Assembly (NCBI GenBank): GCA_965208105.1
Contig: OZ242318.1
Location: 320,001-384,000, forward strand
DNA from: Candidatus Latescibacterota bacterium
Lineage (GTDB): Bacteria; Latescibacterota; UBA2968; UBA8231
DNA length: 64,000 nt
Reading direction: 5' to 3'
The notes under the pieces are model-generated. The model was given only the letters and a program-made list of their open reading frames with translations. It was not told where the DNA came from and did no database searches. This document shows positions 39,155 to 47,109 of this stretch, piece after piece; position 1 is the first letter of the stretch; the number at the start of each line of letters is the position of its first letter. Both the position numbers and the translations under genes were made by a program.

Positions 39155-40682
39155 CCGGGGCAAGGCAGAGGCCTCCGGCTTTGGCCTGTTCCTGTTGCTG
39201 GCTGCCGTGTTCGCAGCAGCGGCGTGCGCCATCGTCTACGAGTTGCTCATCGGCAGCACCTCTTCGTATTTCCTCGGCGACAGCGTCGAGCAGTTCTCGC
39301 TGACCATTGGGTTCTTTCTCTTCGCCATGGGGGTTGGATCCTGGCTTTCGCGCTTGATCAGGCAGGAGTTGCTGGCAAGATTCATTGCCCTGGAAATCTG
39401 GTTGGGGTTGATAGGGGGGTGCGCCGTGGCAGTTCTCTACCTGGCATACGGGCACAGCTCCCATTATCGCTACTGGATGCTGATGCTCATAGTGGCTATC
39501 GGCGTCCTCGTCGGCCTCGAGGTGCCCCTCCTGTCCCGGATTCTGCGCAGCTACGGCTCGTTGCGCACCACCTTGTCCACGGTGCTGTCCATGGATTATT
39601 TCGGTGCTCTGGCTGCGGCTCTCCTGTTCCCCTACCTTCTCATGCCCCTCCTGGGAGGGTTCCATACTTCGGTCCTCGCCGGCTGGGTCAACCTGTCCGC
39701 GGGGGTCGCGGTTCTGTTGTGCTTCAGGACCAGGATCAGAACTTCGACCCGTCGCTGGCTGATGGTGCAGGGTGGAGGAGCGGGGTTGGTACTGGCGGGG
39801 CTTTGGGCAGGTTCCGGCCCCCTTCTGGACCGCTGGGAGAGTAATTTCTACGCCGACCGCATTGTCCACAGCGAGCAGTCGCCGTACCAGAAGATCGTCC
39901 TGACTCTCTGGCGCGATGACCTGCGGCTGTTTCTGGACGGCCATCTGCAATTTGCCTCAGTGGACGAGCATCGCTACCACGAGGCCCTGGTGCATCCTGC
40001 CCTGGCTGTGGCCCTCAATCGAGAGCGGGTGCTGGTCATCGGGGGAGGGGATGGCCTGAGCGTTCGCGAGATTCTCAAGTATTCGGACGTTTCCAGTATC
40101 GACCTCGTGGATCTGGACCCGGCGGTGACCACCTTGAGCCGGCGCAACCCACATCTTACCCGACTGAATAAAAATGCCCTCAATGGGCCCAATGTGCGTA
40201 TCTTTAACGAGGATGGGTTCACCTTTCTGCAGAGGGAGCACACTCCCTATGGGGCAATTGTCATCGATCTGCCGGACCCGCGCGAGGAAGCTCTGGCCAA
40301 GCTTTATTCGGTGGAGGGGTATCGGCTGTGTCTCCGCCACCTGGCTCCAGGCGGGGTGCTGGTCACCCAGGGGACGAGTCCATATTTTACCCGAGAGGCC
40401 TATTGGAGCATTGCGGCTACCCTGGAAGAAGCTGGATTCGAGGTTTGTTCCTACCACGTTCACGTCCCCTCATTCGGCGAGTGGGGATTCCATCTTGCCA
40501 GCCGGGACTGGGTGGATCTGAAACAGGTTGAATTCGAGGTGCCACGGCGTTTTTTGCGGAAGGAACTGCTGGAAGGCATGCTTTTCTTCGACCCGGACAT
40601 GAGCCGGGTAAAGGTGGAGTCCAATCGGCTTGACAGGCCATCGCTGGCTCGATTTTATCGCAGCGGATGGGAGCGCTGGTAG
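39147..40682 (+). CDS. speE: Polyamine aminopropyltransferase (spermidine synthase) with N-terminal multi-TM domain
   Basis: YEL..G...SY.LG TM domain; LFLDG.LQF, YHEALVH, GGGDG, DLD, DLPDP. Confidence 0.93.
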   Translation: MADRGKAEASGFGLFLLLAAVFAAAACAIVYELLIGSTSSYFLGDSVEQFSLTIGFFLFAMGVGSWLSRLIRQELLARFIALEIWLGLIGGCAVAVLYLAYGHSSHYRYWMLMLIVAIGVLVGLEVPLLSRILRSYGSLRTTLSTVLSMDYFGALAAALLFPYLLMPLLGGFHTSVLAGWVNLSAGVAVLLCFRTRIRTSTRRWLMVQGGGAGLVLAGLWAGSGPLLDRWESNFYADRIVHSEQSPYQKIVLTLWRDDLRLFLDGHLQFASVDEHRYHEALVHPALAVALNRERVLVIGGGDGLSVREILKYSDVSSIDLVDLDPAVTTLSRRNPHLTRLNKNALNGPNVRIFNEDGFTFLQREHTPYGAIVIDLPDPREEALAKLYSVEGYRLCLRHLAPGGVLVTQGTSPYFTREAYWSIAATLEEAGFEVCSYHVHVPSFGEWGFHLASRDWVDLKQVEFEVPRRFLRKELLEGMLFFDPDMSRVKVESNRLDRPSLARFYRSGWERW

Positions 40683-40712
40683 TATTTGTCTCAGGTATCG
40701 GAGGTGAAGATC

Positions 40713-41249
40713 GTGAGATTGAAGAAATTTTGGGGAAGGCAGGATGACGAGGTCTACCAGGAACACACCTTGAGCACCATGGAGAAGGGTGACCTGGTGG
40801 ATTTCGACTTGAAAACCTGGCAAGTCATAGGTTATAATACATACGACTACGATGGGTTCATTACCCGGGAGTGGGAATTGCGCTGCGCCGATGACGTGCG
40901 CTTCCTGGAAGCGGCCGAGGATGACGGCAGGGTTGAATGGACCTGGACCCGGAGTATTGATCTACAACAGATCGAAGAGGATGTCAGCGGAACGATTATC
41001 GAGAAAGACGACCCACCTCCGGACGTGAGTTTTGAAGGCAGGCGCTATGAGGCGGTGGAGAGCAGCGCCGGGCTCCAGCGCAGAGGCGGCGACGAGCGGG
41101 ACCGCGAGTTCGTCAGCTGGAACTACGAATCCAAGGAGGGGCGATTGCTGTTCATACTCCAGTGGGGAGAGCGGGACTTCGCCGCCTACGAGGGCGCGTG
41201 CGTCGAGGAGTACCAATTCACCGATATTCTTCCTGGCGGGAAAGTATGA
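40713..41249 (+). CDS. DUF4178-like protein
   Basis: GD.V......WQV.G...YD, W.EW-like REWEL, V.FEG..Y, W.Y, W..GE; operon context matches the yjfK-like position. Confidence 0.7.
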   Translation: MRLKKFWGRQDDEVYQEHTLSTMEKGDLVDFDLKTWQVIGYNTYDYDGFITREWELRCADDVRFLEAAEDDGRVEWTWTRSIDLQQIEEDVSGTIIEKDDPPPDVSFEGRRYEAVESSAGLQRRGGDERDREFVSWNYESKEGRLLFILQWGERDFAAYEGACVEEYQFTDILPGGKV

Positions 41250-41258
41250 GGTGATAGA

Positions 41259-41990
41259 ATGGTGAGAAATCCATCTTTGCGGGGAATTGCGCTGGTAGCT
41301 GCCCTGGGTCTGTTGGGATGTGGTGGCAGCCGGGATCCTGTACGCGATCTCACTCGGGACTTGAACCGCTATCCCGAGTTTCTGCTCATCGTAGAGGATT
41401 TGCGGGTGGAGGAAGGCTTCTTTCCGGACTATTTCCTCCGATTTAAAACTCTGACGGCATCGGGCCAGCGGATGGCTGGCCGGGACACCCTGATCTACCA
41501 GGAGCGCACCACGGATTGGCATGAGGTGAGCGAAGATGTATTTGGCCGCTACGAGCATTATGTGGGCATGGTTGTGGCTTCCAAGGGCAAGGATGGACGC
41601 CACACCGATGTCCGGCAGGCTCATCCTCCAGGGTATCAGTACGTGGGAAATCCGAGCTACGGGTTCTGGGGTGGAGGAGGATTCTGGCAGTTTTACGGGC
41701 AGTATGCCCTCATGCGTGATTTGATGGGAGGATGGCGGGTGAATCGGGACGATTACCGGGACTACCGCCGCAATTACGAACGTGGAAGACCCTATCACGG
41801 ACCTGTCCAGAGAGGCCGGCCGGCCTTTGGCTCAAGAGGAACGGTGACCGAAAAGACGAAACCCGGGTTCTACCAGCGCAATCGTCAGCGATTGCGTTCA
41901 GGACGCTATGGTTTTGCCAACAAGGCCCAAAGCCGCATGGGTCGCACCGGCTCGAGTTGGGGCCGAGGCTACGGTTTTCGAGGAAAGTAA
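41259..41990 (+). CDS. Lipoprotein with Gly/Tyr/Arg-rich C-terminal tail (YjfM-like role)
   Basis: LLGC lipobox; PPGYQYVGNP.YG.W, FW.FYGQYA; tail ending GRGYGFRGK. Confidence 0.75.
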   Translation: MVRNPSLRGIALVAALGLLGCGGSRDPVRDLTRDLNRYPEFLLIVEDLRVEEGFFPDYFLRFKTLTASGQRMAGRDTLIYQERTTDWHEVSEDVFGRYEHYVGMVVASKGKDGRHTDVRQAHPPGYQYVGNPSYGFWGGGGFWQFYGQYALMRDLMGGWRVNRDDYRDYRRNYERGRPYHGPVQRGRPAFGSRGTVTEKTKPGFYQRNRQRLRSGRYGFANKAQSRMGRTGSSWGRGYGFRGK

Positions 41991-42018
41991 ACCATCTTTC
42001 GCATCAGGGAGGCTCACG

Positions 42019-42864
42019 ATGGAGGAATACCTGATTCCCATGGCTTGGTCCGCTGTCTATATCCTGGAAACCTTTCTGCTCCTGTGGCTGGCAAAGTTCG
42101 CCTACGTCAGCCTGTATCGGCGGGTGGACTTGAAAAGGGAGATTTTCGACCGGCGCAACTACGCCCTTGCCACGGCAACCACAGGCTACCTGTTCGGAGT
42201 GATCGTCGCATTCGGCGGCGTGCTGGCGGGGCCTTCGGCCGGCTGGAAAGCGGACCTGCTTGGGATCGCCCTCTACGGCATTGTCTCGATTGCGCTTCTG
42301 CTGGTAGCCAGCTTTTTGTCCGAGAAGGTGTTGCTGCCCCATTTCGACAACACTCGCGAGGTTGTTCAGGACCGCAACATGGGCACGGCATTCGTCGAGG
42401 CGGGCATGCACATCGCCAACGGGCTGATCATCCTGGCCATCGTGCAAGGGGATGGTCCCTGGTGGATTGGATTGGTGTTCTGGGGACTTGCTCAAATTAT
42501 TCTGATTCTGGTCGCCTTGCTCTACGAGGTTTCCACAAGGCACAGTATCCACGCGGAGCTGGAGCGCGATAATGCTGCCGTGGGCCTGGCCTTTTGCGGG
42601 GCTCTGGTCGGGATGGGCAATATCATCAGCCTCGCAGTCGCTGGTGATTTTCTGGGATGGAAAGCAAGTCTGCTGGGCTTTGCCAGCTATGCGATTTTCG
42701 GCCTTATCATGCTGCAAATTGTCAAGAGGTTGACGGATATGCTGCTGGCACCAGGAGTGAAGCTGGGGAAGGAACAGAGCGATGACCAACCCAGCGTGGG
42801 GGCGGGTCTGTTCGAGGCCTTTGGCTATGTCGGAGCTTCCATGCTGCTGGTCTGGGCCCTGTAG
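42019..42864 (+). CDS. Tandem DUF350 (YjfL-like) membrane protein
   Basis: Repeated E...xN.A.A/G motifs (EIFDRRNYALA, EVVQDRNMG, ELERDNAAVG); about 8 TM helices. Confidence 0.85.
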   Translation: MEEYLIPMAWSAVYILETFLLLWLAKFAYVSLYRRVDLKREIFDRRNYALATATTGYLFGVIVAFGGVLAGPSAGWKADLLGIALYGIVSIALLLVASFLSEKVLLPHFDNTREVVQDRNMGTAFVEAGMHIANGLIILAIVQGDGPWWIGLVFWGLAQIILILVALLYEVSTRHSIHAELERDNAAVGLAFCGALVGMGNIISLAVAGDFLGWKASLLGFASYAIFGLIMLQIVKRLTDMLLAPGVKLGKEQSDDQPSVGAGLFEAFGYVGASMLLVWAL

Positions 42865-42925
42865 AATCCGCTTGCCTTGCCGGGGCGATCGGCGGGGAAG
42901 AGAGGAAAATGGATCTTCAATAAAA

Positions 42926-43257
42926 TCAATTCTGCCTCTCCCGAGTGAGTTCTTCATCCAACCATTTGACGTAGGCCTCAAAGCCGGCGATCAGGGGAAC
43001 GGCCAGGATCTCGGGTACCTGGTAGGGATGGATCTCGCGGATGGCCTTCTCCAGAGTTTCGTACAGGTCCCTGCGGGTCTTGGCTGTACACTTCCACTCC
43101 CTGGCTTCTTCTACCTTGCCTCCCACCAGTATGTGCTCGTGACGGGTCCCTCGATCTGAACGCATGCCGCCAGTCTCTTCTCTACCAATTTCCGAGCGAT
43201 TTCTCGGGCTTCCTCCTCACTGCCTGCCGTCGTTCCCACTTCGATGTACTGGGTCAT
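42926..43257 (-). pseudogene. cutA: CutA divalent-cation tolerance protein, frameshifted (or a sequencing error)
   Basis: MTQYIEVGTTAGSEEEAREIARKLVEKRLAACVQIEGPVTSTYWWE from 43257 continues in another frame as GKVEEAREW..HPYQVPEI; one G is missing near 43120. Confidence 0.85.
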
Positions 43258-44263
43258 TTTTCCCTTCTCCTTTCTTGCTTACACTCCAGAATTGCCATAG
43301 CAGGGCAGGTGCGCCCAGGGCAAGGTAGGTGAGATTGGCTATCGCGTGGACCACGGTGGCGCAGGCCATGGCGGCGGTTTCGGGCACCTGGTAGAGCAGG
43401 TGTAATGCGTCTCCAAAAAAGAGGTGATAAGAGCCGACCCCCGCGGGCGTGGGAACAATGATCCCGATCGTGGAAATGGCCATGACGACCATGGTCGCGG
43501 AGGCGCCAAGGTCAAAGGAACGAATGAAACCGAAGCTGAGGAAGGATCCGTAGATTATCAGCAGGTAACACAGGTTGAGAAGGATGGAGCTGACAATTAT
43601 TTCCAGACAGGCGGTTGGCCTTCCGAGAGCGGAGAGGCCTTGCAAAAAGGTCTCGAGGACCCGGGCGGACCGGTTCGCAATTCTCGAAGATATCTTCCCG
43701 AGCAGGCGGGGGATGATCCTCAAGGCGTGATTTCTGTAGATGGAGACCAGGGCAAGAAGTGCCAGGACCAGGATACAGCCGGCGAGAACGACCAGGCTGG
43801 CCGGTTCCAACCAGGGAAAGGCTTGATCGATCCTCGACCGGAGCAGCAGCAACGACGCCCCTACCAGGGCGATTAAACAAAAGAGATCGATGATGCGTTC
43901 CACCACGACCGTTGCAAGCACCGCGCTTATGCTGGCACCACGGGACCAGTTGAGGCTCCAGATGCGCAATGCTTCTCCGGACCGCGGAATGACGAGATTG
44001 GCTGTGTAGCAAATGGCCAGGGCCTGAAAGGCAGCAAGCACAGGTATGCTGGCAAAAGGACGCATGAGCACGATCCACCGCCAGGCGCGCAGGCCAAGGG
44101 ACAGGATGGTAGTGAAGACCAGGGCCAGAACCCAGAAAGGGGAGACGCGTCCCATCGCTGCCCACAAGGCAGCTGGCTCGATACCCTTGAAGGCCCAGTA
44201 GAGGAAGAGACCCATCAGTGCCAGGCTGATGAGGTATCTTCCAATTTTAAACGGGGAAATCAA
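43217..44263 (-). CDS. Lysylphosphatidylglycerol synthase TM-region (flippase-like) protein
   Basis: RAWRW, N.VIPRSGE..R, VVERIID, PTPAGVG.Y. Confidence 0.88.
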   Translation of the reverse strand: MISPFKIGRYLISLALMGLFLYWAFKGIEPAALWAAMGRVSPFWVLALVFTTILSLGLRAWRWIVLMRPFASIPVLAAFQALAICYTANLVIPRSGEALRIWSLNWSRGASISAVLATVVVERIIDLFCLIALVGASLLLLRSRIDQAFPWLEPASLVVLAGCILVLALLALVSIYRNHALRIIPRLLGKISSRIANRSARVLETFLQGLSALGRPTACLEIIVSSILLNLCYLLIIYGSFLSFGFIRSFDLGASATMVVMAISTIGIIVPTPAGVGSYHLFFGDALHLLYQVPETAAMACATVVHAIANLTYLALGAPALLWQFWSVSKKGEGKNDPVHRSGNDGRQ

Positions 44264-44883
44264 CTGGGATTCGGCGCCTTGATCTTGCCGCGCTCTGCCA
44301 GCAAGTCAACGATCTGCAGGGCGGCTTCCTGGGGACTGCATTCTGCGGTCGAAATGACCAGCTCTGGATTTTCCGGTTTTTCGTAAGGGTCGGAGACCCC
44401 TGTAAAGTTGGAGATTTCACCTTTGCGGGCTTTTTTGTAGAGTCCTTTGGGATCGCGTCTCTCGCACAACTCTACCGGGGTGTCGATGAAAATTTCCAGA
44501 AAATCGCCGTCAGCGAACAGGGCGCGAGCCCTCGCTCGGTCCGCTTTGTAGGGACTCACGAAACTTGTGACAAGGATGAAGCCTGCATCGACGAAAAGCT
44601 TGCCGACCTCTCCGATGCGACGGATGTTTTCTGCCCGGTCTTCAGGGGAGAAGCCCAGGTTTCTGTTGAGCCCGTGGCGAATATTGTCTCCGTCGAGCAC
44701 ATAAGCCAGACGTCCGCTCTCTACGAGAAGGTGTTCCGTGGTAAATCCAATGGTGCTCTTCCCGGAGCTCGGCAGGCCGGTCAGCCAGACCAGGGCCCCT
44801 CTCTGCTGCAGTAGATTTTCGCGTTGCCGGCGGCTGACGTGTCCTTCGTGCCAGACAATATTTGCTGGGCTGCCATGTGCCAA
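44260..44883 (-). CDS. cysC: Adenylyl-sulfate kinase
   Basis: WLTGLPSSGKST, LDGDNIRHGL, RDPKGLY. Confidence 0.96.
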   Translation of the reverse strand: MAHGSPANIVWHEGHVSRRQRENLLQQRGALVWLTGLPSSGKSTIGFTTEHLLVESGRLAYVLDGDNIRHGLNRNLGFSPEDRAENIRRIGEVGKLFVDAGFILVTSFVSPYKADRARARALFADGDFLEIFIDTPVELCERRDPKGLYKKARKGEISNFTGVSDPYEKPENPELVISTAECSPQEAALQIVDLLAERGKIKAPNPS

Positions 44884-44932
44884 GGCGCAGATCCTTTATG
44901 AAGAGGGAGGAATGGCAATTGCGGGAGAAATT

Positions 44933-44960
44933 AAATTAGGACTGCATCGAAAGCCGTCAA
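44933..44960 (-). promoter_or_regulatory. Putative sigma70 promoter for cysC
   Basis: Minus strand TTGACG-N16-TAATTT. Confidence 0.45.
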
Positions 44961-45318
44961 CACCTCAGGGTGAGCGGCAGCGGCGCGTGGCTCCGTCGGT
45001 GGGCTTGGAACTGAAATAAGGGCCTGGATTAGGCGGCCAAAGGGATCAGACACCCCTCGGGGCGGATGGATTGGCAGTGTTCCCCACAGTGATAAAATGC
45101 AGCCATCCAGGGAGATCGCGCGATATAAAATAAACATAAGAAGCTGTTTTATATGAGGTAATACCCACTGCCCCAGTGCCGGGGATAGCAGGGGACCCGG
45201 GACGGTGGGCATTTTACCAATTTCTAACTTTTTTTTTGCCATTTCATTCATTATATTCTGTCCAAGAGTTGGGATTTTCATTCCGTTCGCATACACCTGC
45301 CTGTGAGGAGGCAAACCA

Positions 45319-46248
45319 ATGACCTTAGCAAAAAGAAGCTTCGCTCTTCCGGTGGCCGCTCTCGTGGCCGTTTTCTGTTTCCATTCTACTGTGCAGGCCC
45401 TCAACTTACAGACCGTCGGTCCCAGCGCAAGGTCGGTGGCACTAGGCGGCAGCACCGTGGCCTTGGCTGATAATACCGATGCCATCTTTGAAAATCCGGC
45501 CGGTCTGGGCAAGTTGGCCGGCCGCCAGGTTTCCTACACCAACGTGATGCTGTTCTACACCGGTACCGGCGAGGACAGCCCTGCCCAGCACGTCATCGGG
45601 ATTGCCCAACCCTTGGGCGGCAGATTGGGATTGGGCCTGGGTATCGAGTACATAGGCATTGAGAATTTCAATGAGATTGGTGGCACGGTGTCGCTGGCCT
45701 ACAAGCTGTCGAACAGCCTTAATCTGGGGTTGAATGCCAAATATCTGAGTTGGAGTGCGACCCTTGCAGATGGCGATCCCGGAAGCAGCAGTGGCGGCAA
45801 TGTCGGTGTCGATGTGGGCGCCCTGTGGAAAAGTCCGTTTAAAGGAGCCCAGGTTGGTCTCCTGGTGAAAAACTTGAATAAGCCGAATGTTGCCGGAGGC
45901 GATGTTCCTGGGGAACCGGACGCGGGTACATTGCCCATGGACCTGCATGTAGGCATTGCCTACTGGCACCAGGCGACGACATCCCTGATCTCCGTGCAGT
46001 GGGTTGCTCGTGCATTCGGCGAGGATGCCAGCTCCACCAGGCTGCTCCTGGGAGCTGAGACTCAATTGGCTCCGGGTTTTATGCTCCGTGCGGGCGGAAG
46101 TCGCTATCTGGAGGACGATGAGGATAATCTGAACGCGGGTCTGGGATGGCAGAGAAACAAGCTGGGGATCGACTACGCTTATCATATCCCCCTGGGTCTG
46201 GAGGGAAGCAACGGCAAACATCTCTTCACCTTTGCGTACGATTTCTGA
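45319..46248 (+). CDS. PorV/PorQ-like (FadL-type) outer-membrane beta-barrel
   Basis: Signal peptide, ARSVALGG...A.A..AIFENPAGL, IDYAY, C-terminal YDF. Confidence 0.8.
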   Translation: MTLAKRSFALPVAALVAVFCFHSTVQALNLQTVGPSARSVALGGSTVALADNTDAIFENPAGLGKLAGRQVSYTNVMLFYTGTGEDSPAQHVIGIAQPLGGRLGLGLGIEYIGIENFNEIGGTVSLAYKLSNSLNLGLNAKYLSWSATLADGDPGSSSGGNVGVDVGALWKSPFKGAQVGLLVKNLNKPNVAGGDVPGEPDAGTLPMDLHVGIAYWHQATTSLISVQWVARAFGEDASSTRLLLGAETQLAPGFMLRAGGSRYLEDDEDNLNAGLGWQRNKLGIDYAYHIPLGLEGSNGKHLFTFAYDF

Positions 46249-46272
46249 ACGCTGAAACGCTGAAACGCTGAA
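46245..46272 (+). repeat. Short tandem repeat (CTGAAACG, about 3 copies)
   Basis: ctgaacgctgaaacgctgaaacgctgaa. Confidence 0.6.
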
Positions 46273-46282
46273 TTGCATTTCG

Positions 46283-46318
46283 AAAAGGACCGCTCTCGCA
46301 GAGAGCGGTCCTTTTTTA
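46283..46318. terminator. Bidirectional intrinsic terminator
   Basis: AAAAGGACCGCTCTC-GCA-GAGAGCGGTCCTTTTTT between convergent genes. Confidence 0.85.
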
Positions 46319-47056
46319 TTGGAGTAGATCTTCCGGAGTATCTTTGACCAGGGTACCTGGGTTTTCCCCACGACAGAGAAGTTGCATTGTACCTTTTGCG
46401 AGAAAGTCAAAGACGTGGATGGGCAGGTTGTGATCGCGCGCCAGAATGACCGAAGGCTGGTCGACGATGGTGAGGTTCTGGCGGATGAGAGTGTTATAGT
46501 TCACGCAGCGATAGAGGCGGGCGTGGGGATCGGTCTGGGGATCCGCGGTAAATATCCCGCGGACGCGGTTTTTGGCAAAGAACAGGGCATCGGATCGAAC
46601 TTCGATTGCCCGTTGTGCCGCAGTATAGTCGGTGGTGACGTAGGGATTGCCCGTGCCCCCTCCGAATATGACGATGTATCTCTTTTCCAGGTGATGAATG
46701 GCGCGCAGGCGAATGAAGGGCTCGGCTACGGTGTTTATGGGAATGGCGCTCATTACCCGCACCTCCACCTGGCCTCGGGATTTGGAGGTTAGAACCCCTC
46801 GCAACATCAGGCTGTTGACCACAGTGCCCATCATGCCAATGTTGTCGGCCTCCGCGCGCTCGATTCCCCATTGGTCAGCAAGGGTGCCGCGAAGGACGTT
46901 TCCCCCTCCGATTACAATGGCGACTTCCACTCCTTCAGCGTGCAGGGTCAATACCTCGTCGGCAATATGTTCGAGAATCCTCGCGGAAAAGCCAAAGTCG
47001 CTGTCCCCCGATATTGCCTGGCCGCTCAACTTGAGCAAAACGCGCTTGTATCGCAT
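46316..47056 (-). CDS. pyrH: UMP kinase (stand-alone pyrH paralog)
   Basis: KRVLLKLSG, GGGN..RG, AD.IGM.GT..N, GTGNPY.TTD, TADP. Confidence 0.9.
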   Translation of the reverse strand: MRYKRVLLKLSGQAISGDSDFGFSARILEHIADEVLTLHAEGVEVAIVIGGGNVLRGTLADQWGIERAEADNIGMMGTVVNSLMLRGVLTSKSRGQVEVRVMSAIPINTVAEPFIRLRAIHHLEKRYIVIFGGGTGNPYVTTDYTAAQRAIEVRSDALFFAKNRVRGIFTADPQTDPHARLYRCVNYNTLIRQNLTIVDQPSVILARDHNLPIHVFDFLAKGTMQLLCRGENPGTLVKDTPEDLLQ

Positions 47057-47109
47057 GGACGGCAGTGCTCCGGTTGTCGTTGTCTTGAAATCAGTTCCGG
47101 GCGCCCTCG

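Noticed and set aside
44939-45105. Possible 6S-like or other ncRNA closed by GGACTGCAT/ATGCAGCC
   Set aside because: No extended rod structure or family motif found, and the 5' part is explained by the cysC promoter.
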